NCBI GenBank assembly: GCA_030390025.1
Contig: CM059432.1
Location: forward strand, 130,016,001-130,080,000
Direction of reading: 5' to 3'
Source of the DNA: Squalus acanthias
Taxonomy: Eukaryota
Length of the DNA: 64,000 nucleotides
Below, piece after piece: positions 1 through 11,126 of the stretch. Numbering within the stretch: position 1 is the stretch's first letter; every line of letters starts with the position of its first letter. Under the pieces are notes generated by a model. It had not been told where the DNA came from, did not search any database, and worked only from the letters and a program-made list of their open reading frames with translations. A program made the translations under genes and the position numbers.

Positions 1-192
1 GCATTGATGACATCATCGGAGGCGACTTTCTGTATGAAAAGACTCATGGGGCCAGTGGTTCCCACACGCAGGAAATCAATTGCCCAATTAGGGGAAAATC
101 CCACTTTTTCAACACTTTAATTAGGAGTCGGGGTCCTGACACGATTTCCACCTGGCACACCCCAGCCCGCCCACACTGACAAAATCCAGCCC
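1..192 (-). mobile_element. Terminus (Myb-gene side) of a Harbinger element running off the left edge of the window
   Basis: Ends in AAAATCCAGCCC (TIR GGGCTGGATTTT). The reverse complement aligns along its length with 20011-20186, the end of the Harbinger at 20011. Confidence 0.8.
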
Positions 193-256
193 TAGGCATT
201 TTTCTCCGACTGAAACAGAGATGGTTAAGGGGGAATCTAACAGATTATGAAAGGTT

Positions 257-790
257 AAAGAAGACCTCCACGCATCGGCAGCAGAGCTCGTGTATGGTCA
301 GCCGCTGCGTGTACCCGGCGAGTTCCTGCCCACCGCCACGACACCCTGGTCAGCCGACCAGCAACGCCATGACTTCGCCTCACTGCTGCAGTTCGCCCCG
401 GTGCCCATTGCCCGACACGGCGAATCCACCTCACACGTCCCACTAAGCCTGCACCAGGCACGGTTTGTTTTCGTCCGGCACGACGCCCACCGCGGACCCC
501 TTCAACCCCCGTACGACGGGCCCTACTAGGTGCTACAGGCTGGGGACAAATCTTTCACCCTGCAAGTGGGCGACAGGACCGAAAAAGTGTCGGTGGACCG
601 ACTCAAGCCAGCACACTTGGAGCCCGGGGAGCAGGTCTCTGTAGCTCGTCCACCTCCACGCGGCCGACCTACCCTCAAGCCGGTTCACCCGGCTGCTCCA
701 CGCCCGGCCGTTCCACGTCCACCGGTGTCCTACAAGAGCCACTCCGGCCGGCCCATCAGACCGCCGCACCGTCTCGTCCACACCTCCTAA
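257..790 (+). pseudogene. Gypsy/Ty3 pol C-terminus (integrase C-terminal, GPY/F region), 5'-truncated, one in-frame stop
   Basis: Translates KEDLHASAAELVYGQPLRVPGEF...VFVRHDAHRGPLQPPYDGPY*VLQAGDKSFTL...VSVDRLKPAH. ORFs 290-529 and 530-790 are in the same frame. Confidence 0.9.
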
Positions 791-808
791 GCGGATTCTG
801 GGGGGAGC

Positions 809-1056
809 TGTGTGGCGGATCGCCACCTAAAACGGGCATAATCCACTCTTCCGTCTGTGGACAAATTTCCAGCACCTTCCCCTTTAAGGCAGAAGGGGGC
901 GGGGCCTCAGGTTTTACCCAGAGAATTCTGGGAGTTTTTCCAGAGAATTCTGGGAGCAGCTCTTGGAGCCATTTTGTGTGCCATGCAGTGAATAAAAGTT
1001 TCTTGTTTTCCACATATGGATTCAGCCTCCATTCGTGTTTCGCGGCAGCCTCAACA
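809..1056 (+). mobile_element. Gypsy 3' LTR preceded by a polypurine tract
   Basis: PPT GGGGGGAG at 800-807 just after the pol stop. The LTR begins TGTG, has a TATA-like CTTTAA near 882, AATAAA at 991, and ends ...TCAACA. Confidence 0.75.
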
Positions 1057-1517
1057 AAAGATTCTTTCCACTGTTTGGTGAATCAGTAACAAAAGGCCCA
1101 AGACGAACATCATGAACAGAATGAAGGAGGAAGTTAAAAAAATTAGCGTCAAGGGTTATTAAAAGTGACTATTAAACAGAGACGATAACATTATAGTAAA
1201 GAAAATTGGATAAGTATTGGAAAAGGTATTACAGAAAGAGAGCAGGAAATGGGATTAGGCAGCTGCAATTGGCAGCCAACACTGACACAAGTGCATTGGG
1301 CTGAATGACCTCCTTCAGGTGCTGCATTTTCTATGAATGTAAAAGGTGAAGTATTGTTTTCACTGAAAACTTGGGCTAAAAAATTTTTTTGGCTTCAACA
1401 AACAGCATCTGCATTGATTTAGAGAGAAGTTCCCACTCACTTACATCATCAGAGACGGAGAAAAGTTCTCCATGCACTGTGTAGGAAGCCCATGAATACA
1501 TTTATAAAGAACACATT

Positions 1518-1640
1518 GGCCGGGAAATTCCTCGAGCTGCTCCCGCTCCGCCAGCGTTACTTTGCCATAAATTCAGGAGAACTCCCCCTGCCCCCCGTTC
1601 ACAGGCATAAACAGGGGCAATTCTGAGGCATTTCTTGGCC
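1518..1640. mobile_element. 123-bp Harbinger/Tourist-like MITE
   Basis: TIRs GGCCGGGAAATTCCTC / GAGGCATTTCTTGGCC, with ATT duplicated on both sides. Confidence 0.7.
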
Positions 1641-3713
1641 ATTCTAATTTCACTATACATAGCACACACAGGAACTCTTTCTTCCAGGTGTGCGGAGATT
1701 AAAGGATCATTAGAGTAAAATCGCACTGTGTGACTGTAGCATTAATGTATTCATATGAAATTCCTCCGCCCGATATTTTAATGAAGGCTTTTATCCTGGG
1801 TTATTGCCTTTGTTAAAGTACCAGAGAAATTTCATGCAACTATGTTAATGTATTTGTATACTATCACACAGCACAGATTCATCCCCATGTGTGTGATTGT
1901 ACTTATTATGCTGTTAGATGTATGGATCACTGCTGTCACGGACTTCTATGCTACTAGCTCTTTCTGTGTCCCAGGGAATGATTATAGGGGGGTCTCTCAG
2001 TCAACCATTCCCAATGCTATGCAGGAGGTGATTGATGCACTGGCAATGGAGCTTCTGAATATGTATCCCTAAAGGGGAGGAACACCACTCAACAAAGGGT
2101 TTATCACATAACTTTTTTTATTAATAGATTGTTGCTCATGTTGACTGCAAATGGTCAAATACTTACACTTATATCCTGGAAATAATTTTATCAGAATACA
2201 GCCTCATTGTCTAACACACAGAACAAGTACTTACTTCTGGAGTCGATTTTTTTTCAAGCTGCCAGTTTAAAAATTGAAAGAAAAAAGGATATTGTTTGTG
2301 TTTTTTTTGTTTCTCGCATGCTCTGTAGCAGCCCCAGCCAGCAGGGTGTATGTGCAACCCATTTGCAGGCCTGCAGAAATGCTGGTCTGAAACTGGTAAG
2401 AGTGAAAGTGGGGATAGTTTTGGAATCCACTTCCTACAGTAACACAAGCCAAGATTGGAAATGCAATCCGTGGGGGCTTGAGGGCTTCTAACATGTCACA
2501 CCTATTCACCACATTAAAAATACAATGGAAGTGAGTCATAGTGATACAAATATAGACTAGCACTGAGACAATTATTAAAATACAGTAAACTATTTTAAGA
2601 GCATTAACTGAAACAGTTCTGGGGACTGAGTAATGCTAATTAGTCATGGCTCCTATAACATATCATGCACTGAAAGACTAGTGAGTAATGAAAATGTATC
2701 CAAAGTTTTTAAGCGCCCCCATGACTAATGTAATATAACAAATACTGTAACATCTAGAATACATCACATCAGTCTAAATTATTCCCATATTTTCAAATGT
2801 TATTTCAATAAAAACCGTGTAAATCATTTTAGTGCCAGGTCACACCTCTATATTTAGAGGATATCAAAATATTCATGAACATCCATCTTATATGCTACAT
2901 TTTACTGCATTAGAAAGGAAATTAAGGTTATATCCTGCTCTTATGGATCAAGGGCAGGTGGTTCCTTTGGTTAGTAGACTCATGACCAAGGTCTGGAGAT
3001 TACTGGGGCCCTGCTCTGGTGGTGTAACTGCGGCAGAGTGGATCTGCAGCCTGCCCTTACCCAGGGCTGGAGACCCCGTCCCAAATTATAGGTATGGGTG
3101 TCATTAGCATAGCCAGGACAGGTCACAGGCCTACAAGGGTGCATCAGAAGCAGCCACCCTGTCCCGAGCTGATGCACCCTTTCAGGTTGGAATGGAGATC
3201 CCGGGAGGCCCAAATGGACCACGGAAAAAAATATTTTTAATTCTTCGGCTCCCACTGGAGCCACACTGACAAGAGAAAGTAATTGATTCCTCTGAGATTG
3301 ACTATCTTACTCTAGTAAAGGTTTGGGGCCTTTAGAAGGCCTCAAAGGGACTTAGGCCAGGTCTCGATTGGCATGAATTCCACCCTGATCTTTCAAGGGC
3401 GTAAAGAAAGGAATTTCCCAGAGAAGCTACAAACTCTCAATGACATGCCCCCTTGGGCGGAGGCGGAAGATCTATCCATGCCTCCACCAACCAGAATTTC
3501 TAGGTCCAGTCGAACTGTGGAGGAATCCCAGCAGAGCCAACATCTGGCCCAATTTCCGGCCACCTTCCCATGTATACCTGCTACTTACATGCTCTCCAGC
3601 CCCAGGAATTTCGAGACCAAGGCATTTTTGGAGTTTATATTACAGGAGGACTCAGTCCCCTTCAAACGTGGGTAAAATGAATACCACGCCTTAGGTCGTG
3701 CAGTGAAAACACG

Positions 3714-3898
3714 GGGGTAGGATTTTCACAGGGGAAGGGGTGTTTAGGCTGATCTCCTGCCCCAACATTGGTACAAAATCAGCAGAAACACCAGAGAAAT
3801 GGCAAAAACAGACGCTTTCACCGTTTCTTCAGAGTTTCTGGCAATCTTCGGCCAAAGTTACAGTGGGAGATTCGGTTCCCCCGTGGAAAATCTACCCC
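3714..3898. mobile_element. 185-bp Harbinger-type MITE
   Basis: TIRs GGGGTAGGATTTTC / GGAAAATCTACCCC. The TSD is imperfect (acg/aag). Confidence 0.6.
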
Positions 3899-4496
3899 AA
3901 GATGTTGAGTAATGCATGCCACACTATTGTAATATCTCCCAGCTGTGCATCAATGGAAACTCATTGCTGCACCAAATGGGCATTTAGTGCCTAATGGAGA
4001 TTGGCTTCCGAGGGTAATCTCCACAACTTTCTCTCTCATTGTTCAGATGGTATTAATTAAAGGCTCAAGCTGCATGCTTGTCTCATTGGACCTCTTCCAT
4101 TATGCTAATACTTTGTAATAATTTTATTAGATATGTAATGCAATGCTAGAAAAGCACATCAACAGAAAATTTCCCACTTTTATGTTGACTATTAAACTAT
4201 CCTATTGTTATCATCTCAGAGATCATGGATTTAGAATTAGGAGTCAGTAAGTGGGACATTTAGTAGACCATAGGGAACATTAATTTAGTCATGATAGTAA
4301 GGAAGTCATTTACACCAAAGTGGAGATGATAGCAAAGAACTTGCATCTGAATACACTTCAGAATCTTATCACTTTGCATAAAATAAATTGCTTTTTGAAG
4401 TGCAATCACTGTTGGCAAACACGACAGCCAATTTGAACAAGACAGTGTTCTACAAGTAGATAGATGACCAGTTAATCTGCTTTTGATGGTGTTGGT

Positions 4497-4710
4497 TACA
4501 TAGTATTTACAGCACAGAAAGAGGCCATTCAGCCCAACATGTCCTTGCCGGTGTTTATGCTCCATGCAAGCCTTCTCCCACCCTTCTTCATCTAACCCCA
4601 TCAACATATCCTTTCTCCCTCATGTGCTTATCTTGCTCCCCCTTAAATGCATCTATGCTGGTCGCCTCAACTACTCCTTGTGGTAGCGAGTTCCACATTC
4701 TAACCATTCT
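4497..4710 (-). mobile_element. CR1 LINE 3' tail fragment
   Basis: Homologous to 23233-23436 and to the reverse complement of 26995-27197 (acagcacagaaa..ggccattcagccc..tgtttatgctcca). Confidence 0.75.
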
Positions 4711-4715
4711 AAGGT

Positions 4716-4850
4716 TGAGGGAAGAGTGTTGGTCAGGACACCAGCTAAATTCCCTGTTCTACTTTGAATAGTGCCATGGCATCTTCAACATCCATCTGAA
4801 CCACAGGAACAGGTAGACAGAGCCTCAGTTGAACGGATCATCCAAAAGAT
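4716..4850 (-). mobile_element. Deu-domain SINE fragment
   Basis: Aligns with the 15720-15860 part of the SINE at 15553. Confidence 0.6.
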
Positions 4851-6279
4851 ATGAGGGCCAAAATTCCTGGGCCCTTACTCCATCGTTGGAAGTGCTGAGA
4901 GGAGGAAGGGGCAGGACTTCTCTTTGCCACTCTGTCCCGGTGTTAGTCCCATCCAAAATCCCAGGGATGGGGTCACTTACACAAAAGGGGCAGGTGCCTG
5001 CATATTTGCAGTACACTCCCCCCACTTCACCCCCCACCCCCCACCCACAGTTGTCCACCTCACAAGGAAGCCAGGGATATTGGAGTGACACCTTACTACT
5101 CTGTTGCTGGGGGAGGGGTGACAGCGTCAGCCAAAGACTTGAAATTTAAACAAGTGGCAGCAATTTCTTTGCAGTGAGATGAAATAAACAGAGTGGGAGG
5201 AGGCTCATGTGGAGCAGAAACACCAGCATGGCCTGTCTCTGTAAATTTGATGCAATTCCATGTAATCAGACAAAATTGATTAGATCTGAACCCTGCCAGT
5301 ACACCTCATAATAGTTGGCACAGAAGTGGGTTACATGTAGATTATTCTGTCCTGCAAAACTGGAATGCAACTTGGGCACAAATACAAGAAACATTTTCCT
5401 GCTTCGCTGTCCAGTTACCCATATGCAAGTACAATTTTATATTGACGCACCTGATAAACTAATAAAGTGGTTGTCATTTAATGTGTGGATCAAAGTATTT
5501 GCACACAGTAATGGGATGGGATGTAACTGGTATGTTGGAATTTACAGTGTTTGTCTGGACTGGTCTCATAGTCCGAATTAATCTGAAGCAATTTATGACG
5601 CCTTTATCCTTGTTTTTCTCTATTTGTTTACAGGATGTGGGTGACACTGACAAGTCCTTAGTTGCCCCGAGATTCTTGAACCGCTGCAGCACTTGTGGCA
5701 ATGGTGCTCCCATGATGTGTCAGGTTGAGAATTCCAGAATTTTGACCCAGCAACAATGAGGCCGCGATTTTGCCGGCGCTCAGTGGACCCGATTGGTGGC
5801 GGGTCAGCTGTGAAATTTTAAATGATTGACAACGGGTTCCTAACGCGCACACCTGCATTTCCCAATGTCGGGTCTGCCAGCGCTGAGCAGACCCGACAGG
5901 CAGCGGCGGAGGACCCAATTCAAATCATTAGTAGCTTCTTTACAGCCACTTAACAATGCTGTTTTCCCCAGCTTTTTGATTTGACAGGTCACCCACCAGT
6001 TTCCCGCTGTGCCAAGACCTCGTCTGTGAAGCTGAGGCAGGAGGTCAGTGACCATTGAATCAGCTGATGAGTTGATAGCTTCAAATGTCAAGTCAAAGCT
6101 CCCAGCTGATTGAGAAATGTTCCCTTAACCACTATCTTCTCTAAACTGCATTTCCACTACAGGTTCTGAATGCTGCAAGTCTTTACACAAGTCTCCATCC
6201 AGTCTGACCTCATTAATTCTCCCACCATTGACAGATCGCTTCTGTCATCTCTACTTCACCTGCCATCTATTCCATCAGC

Positions 6280-6436
6280 ATGGGTGCACTTTATACTCTC
6301 TCACCTTGGTCCTCAGACTCTGACCACGATCAACCCCAACACCAGCATCACCAGGCACAGCAGCAGCACCAACAACCACACCAACCTTCTCCACAATCAC
6401 CTGATGCTGCACAGGACAGAGGGCATCAGCACCCGA
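6280..6436 (+). pseudogene. Harbinger transposase N-terminal Q-rich stub, DDE core deleted
   Basis: MGALYTLSPWSSDSDHDQPQHQHHQAQQQ...PDAAQ aligns with the start of the transposase at 51942 ([23 protein letters not shown]...PDAAQ). Confidence 0.8.
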
Positions 6437-6979
6437 ACACATTGCTGCCCGGGGCACCATGGCCACATTTACTTCACTTAATGCTGCCCACACTGGCTGC
6501 CACATGATGTGCCAGGTTGGTACCACCCCACACCAACAAGATAAAGCATCCCTACAATGCCCAAGCCATTCCTTTCACACTCATCACCATTGCGGGGTGT
6601 ACCGTTATGTCTCACCATTCACTGCAACTCACTAAGCCACTTCCAAAGGTGCACACAAGTCTGTCCAAGGCCGGAAAGTGTTGAAAATAAAGATTTCAAT
6701 GTTTGGCACCACATTAACAGAAACTTTACATGAACATTGGCTAAAACACACAAGTGCCTACCCTTGTGTGTTGTTAGTTGGTATGATTGGACAAGGATGA
6801 GGGTCAGTGTGAGGGGTGGCTAGTGAGATGGGGAAGTGATAATGTAGATAGAGAGGGATGGGTGGAGGTGCAAGGTAAGTTGGTGTGAGTAAGGATGTGC
6901 AGGAGTAGGGTGGGGAAGGCAGAGTGATGGGAATGTGATGAGTGGCACAGCAGGATGAGATTGAGTGTGGCTTTGTAGT

Positions 6980-7302
6980 AACGTTTTGTGATCTACTGAG
7001 ATCATTGAAAGGTTTGCACCACTGCAGCCTGGTCCTCCTGATGACATCCCTACTTGTGCCCTCCTGTGCAATGTGCAACCAAGGTGCGTTGGTCTCCTGG
7101 GGAGGTCTCTTCCGCCCATTGGAAGGATGCAACCAGAGACAACTGTAAAGAAAGAAGAAAGACTTGCATTTATATAGCGCCTTTCATGACCTCAGGATTT
7201 ACTTTGACATTTGCCCATTGGAAGGGAAGAAACCTTCCTGCCTGCTGTGACTCCCTCCATAATCATATCGAGGGAGTCTAGGGAGAGCCTGGGTGCAGCC
7301 AT
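6980..7302 (-). pseudogene. Myb/SANT-like exon 1 remnant, disrupted by an insertion
   Basis: Translates MAAPRLSLDSLDMIMEGV... and PSNGRKRPPQETNAPWLHIAQEGTSRDVIRRTRLQWCKPFNDL. Confidence 0.75.
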
Positions 7303-7604
7303 GCACCTCTGTGCAGTGCTTGTCAGTGTTTGCAGCACCTCAATGCTGTAGAACACAGACAGCACAAATGTCAAAGTAAATTTGTACATGGTCCCTTTAA
7401 GGAAACTGGCTGATGATGTGTCATCAAATGATGTCATCAGACCCACTTCCTTCAATTGGCCGGGAAACTCGCTGGGCAGGCTTAACAAGCCCAATCAATG
7501 GAAAGTCATGTCGGAGGCCGGGATGGAGCCAGCAGTGAGGCCGCCACCGACGTCGCCCGCCATGGACCCGCCGAGGTCGGGAAAATCGCGGCCTGAATAT
7601 TTCA

Positions 7605-7945
7605 GTGCAGTACTGCACTGTCGGAAGTACCGTCTTTGGGATGTGACGTTAAACCAAGAGACCAAGAGACGTCTCAGGTGGACAAAAAACGTCGTACGGC
7701 ACTATTTTGAAGTAAAGTCGGGCCATTCTACCCGGTGTCCTGGCTAATATGTATCCCTCAACTTACATCACTAAAACAGATCATTATCACGTTGCTGTTT
7801 GTGGGAGCTTGCTGTGTGCCCATGTTTCCTACATTACAACAGTGACTACACTTCAATAAAAGTACTTCATTGGCTGTAAAGCGCTTTGGAACATCCTGAG
7901 GTTGTGAAAGGCGCTATATAAATGCAAGTCTTTCTTCTTTCTTTA
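7605..7945 (+). mobile_element. Deu-domain SINE (SacSINE1-like) with L2-like tail
   Basis: Core motif ctgcactgtcggaagtaccgtctttgggatgtgacgttaaacc...cccggtgtcctggc, and tail aaggcgctatataaatgcaagtctttc shared with the L2 ends in this window. Confidence 0.8.
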
Positions 7946-8779
7946 CAGTTGTCTCTGGTTGCATCCTTTCAGTATCCCACCCAATATGCAAAGCACACGT
8001 AAATATTTTGAATTATAGTTGCACTAATAAAAGGCAATAACGACTGTTTAGTTGTGGATTTATAAATAATTCATATCTTTGTACGTCAAAATCAGACCTG
8101 TTTAATTTTTCTTTTCTCATTTTACCTGTGCCAACTGCAAGAAAAACAAATAAGGCAGTTTTGCTTTAACTGCAGTAATTTATTTACTCCTGAATTATAC
8201 TGAATATAAAAAGACCCGATGATTCTGAAATTGAAGTGAAATTGACAAGGCCTATTACATCACAGCTTTAAATTGTAATGTGTGCGTCTTTCATTTTATA
8301 AGTGGCATTTTAATAATTATGGCATTAGTCTTGGGCAGGTTTTTTGCTGAGAATATTCATGCTTGATTAGACTCAATGGTTTTGAAAGAAAAGGATAAAT
8401 TTGCTCCTCACCCACGGTGTGGTTTGTGTTTGTGATTTGAAGCACACATACAAAAGAGCAAAATCTTGGTTATAAGTTAAGCTGGAAGATTTACATTCTG
8501 CCATTTGATAAACGATAATTGAAAAATCTGTGTGTGGTTCATGTTTGAAATTCGAGTCAATTTACCATCGCTAGAAAAGCATAGCGAGGTCCCCAGAGCA
8601 GCTGGAGCTGAAACATGATGATGAGGTTTCAAATCAACATCCCACCATGATAATAGACTTGAAAATATGGGAAAAGGTAATAATTCTTTCCTCCTCTCGA
8701 AACTGCATGAGGCAGTCTGGAGGGCCTCGTTAAAAAAAGATGCTAATATTATCAAGAAGTCACACATTTTCGACTAAAT

Positions 8780-9020
8780 GAATAATACACTTACACTATA
8801 ACACACTATTGATAATGCACACTATAGCACATGACTAATAACATATACAATAACCCATTACACTGTAGCACATTAATAATGTATACTACAATACGTCACT
8901 GATAATGTATCTGATGACACATTAATAATGTATACAGTACTGCACTAATAATGTGTACTATAACTTACTACCAATAATCTGTATTATGGCATATTTCTAG
9001 CAATGTATCTTATAACATTT
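8780..9020. repeat. Degenerate AT-rich tandem repeat, roughly 25-bp period
   Basis: Recurring cactatagcaca..taataatgta-like units. Confidence 0.5.
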
Positions 9021-9022
9021 GT

Positions 9023-9612
9023 GGGCCTGAAATTTAGGGCCCAGAGAGGGAATGAAAGTGGTGCAATCCCAGCAAGGGGGAGGGAGGCATAATTAAGGGG
9101 AGGATCCCAGGGTCTGCTGGGCTTCTGCCCCACGTCACTTGCACAGGGAATTGCACACCCGGGGTGGCTGGGCGTGATTTAGGTCCTTTCCCTTTACGTC
9201 TTGCACAGAATTTGGGGCATGTCTGGAGGGCGTTCCCAGATTACTCTGGCCCTTATAAGAAATGCCTTGGGCTCCTCCCCTTGGAGCGCCCGCCTGGCCC
9301 ACAAGGAAACCTATACAAAAATTTAAATGAACTTACCTGGGCCTTTTCGGCCACGGCGGCTTTAGGACTCGGCGTTGCGGCAATTCCGAGTTAAAATCTC
9401 ATCATTGGATCGCGACATTTCCATATTAATGAGGCTCCCGCCTGCCTGCAGCAGGCAGCCTCGACGCTCCCGGAAACCTGGGAGTTAAAATGGCGGGCTG
9501 GCGGGCGGGGCGCTCAGGAACGCTGTGGGGAACACTGAGGGTAGCGCCTGCTGCCATTTTAACCCTCGTGAGCACCATTCTATTCGGACGGGCAAGGTTA
9601 AAGTCGGAGCTC
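9023..9612. mobile_element. Degenerate GC-rich Harbinger-type MITE
   Basis: Starts GGGCCTGAAATT and forms a GC-rich island in AT-rich flanks. The right TIR is poorly conserved. Confidence 0.4.
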
Positions 9613-10387
9613 ATTTTCTTGTCTGCTTCTGTGATGCCTGTTGCAAATTCTATTGTCAAGAATTCACATTCTGCCACTATCTTTCTAACCATGCTTGCAG
9701 CTAAGATTTCATGCTAAGCTACACAGTTATGTAAATATTATGGCCATTGGTTGCTTCTTCCATTTTTATTTGTATTTGTTTAATTTGTAGCCAAGCATAT
9801 CTTAATAGGATTGAATATTATGAGGCAGGATTGTTAATCGGTGTACGATAAAATGTCCTGGTCTTTCATGCAACCATTATTCGATTTCAAGATGGCTCTT
9901 GGGCTGGCAGTTCCTTACAGAGCTCATCTCTGCAACTCTATCCTTGGTCATCCATTGCCAGTCTTTCCCGTTCTTCCCCAATCTCCCCTCTTCCATTGCT
10001 TAAGATCCCAGGCTCGAATAGTGGACGTATTTTAGCCCAAACTACAAGTTCAAGCTCCAAGTTTAATGTTACCCGTGCAGAATCCACTGCCCATTCTCCG
10101 TCTCTGATTGTTCTTTGTTTTCACTCTTTTCAGCAGCAGAAACTCTGCTCAAATTTGAAGGCCCAACTCCTGGATTCCTCTGCCACCAGGACTATGCTGC
10201 TCTAATGGACTACACTATAAGTCTCGGCTGCTGTGACTCTGCTCTACTACTCAGTCCCGTCAAGTTTCAAGGTAACTTTCTCACCTGCATATAGTGACAT
10301 CACTATTCCCAGCCAGAATGGAGATGATTGGGCAATTCCCCTGTCAATCACTGATGTAAGTGACTGGGATTGATTTTATGCACAATT

Positions 10388-11126
10388 GGGCTGAATTTTC
10401 CCGGGTCCCACCTGTACGGTGCGGAGGACCCGGGAGATGTAAGGAAACCCGGAAGGTCGGGTTTCCCAGTTAACTCCACAGCATGCGTTCAAAGTCAGGG
10501 GCGGGTTCTCCGCCCGGAATTCAGCCTGAATGACAGGCTGGCTTTCAGTCGTGCGGGGAACCTGGAGAAGGAGGCCACAGGACAAGGCAAGTGCTGGGCC
10601 CAGGATGGTGCGGGGGGGGCGGTGGTCCAAGCCCAGGGGAGGGGGCCGATCCCCCGGAAAAGGGGTCCGATTCCTGTCTCCGGGGTGGGGGCGGGGGGGA
10701 GCGTCTGATCTCCGACCCCGGGGCCAAATCGCCATCCCCGGGGTGTTGGTGTTCCAGGCCTGGGGATGGGTCCGATCCCTGGGGGTCGGATCCCTGACCC
10801 GGGGAGGGCCAGGCTGCTGATCCCGGCCCACAAGGATTGCTCCCTGAGGCTCAGGCTGCCCCGTTACAGCCACCGGGAATCCCAGCCGCCTGCAGTAAAA
10901 CCTGCAAAGCAGGTTAAAGTAGAGGCTTCAGGCCTCATTATAATATGTAAATTGCCAACCCACCTCCTGGCCCCCCCATCCCGCCTGAGTGAAAGGTGAA
11001 AGTGGGTGGGTTGCAGGTGGGTTGCAGGCAGGTTGGGGTCGGGGTTCACATTTTTCCAACTTTCACTTGTCCCCCCCCGCCCCCATGCCTCCAACCCACC
11101 CGCTCTTACCTCAGAAAATTCCGGCC
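10388..11126. mobile_element. Harbinger-type MITE
   Basis: TIRs GGGCTGAATTTTC / GAAAATTCCGGCC, flanks att/aat, GC-rich interior. Confidence 0.7.

Larger units (their letters stand above)
196..1337 (+). mobile_element. Degenerate CR1 LINE 3' end, interrupted by the Gypsy fragment
   Basis: CR1-like sequence at 196-256 resumes at 1057 (aaagattctttccactg) and ends in a typical tail (gggctgaatgacctccttc...ttctatga). Confidence 0.5.
5760..7593. mobile_element. Harbinger deletion derivative (transposase 5' stub plus Myb exon 1 remnant)
   Basis: Perfect 12-bp TIR GGCCGCGATTTT / AAAATCGCGGCC with a TGA TSD. Transposase N-terminus starts at 6280 (+) and a SANT remnant lies at about 6980-7302 (-). Confidence 0.9.

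Noticed and set aside
5632..5759. Apparent exon after a strong polypyrimidine tract
   Set aside because: It aligns with the antisense 3' tail of the family-B LINE (compare 17254-17418).
10370..11100. Clusters of overlapping GC-rich ORFs here and at 31300-31580 and 49735-50404
   Set aside because: They fall inside GC-rich MITEs with few stop codons and show no protein motifs.
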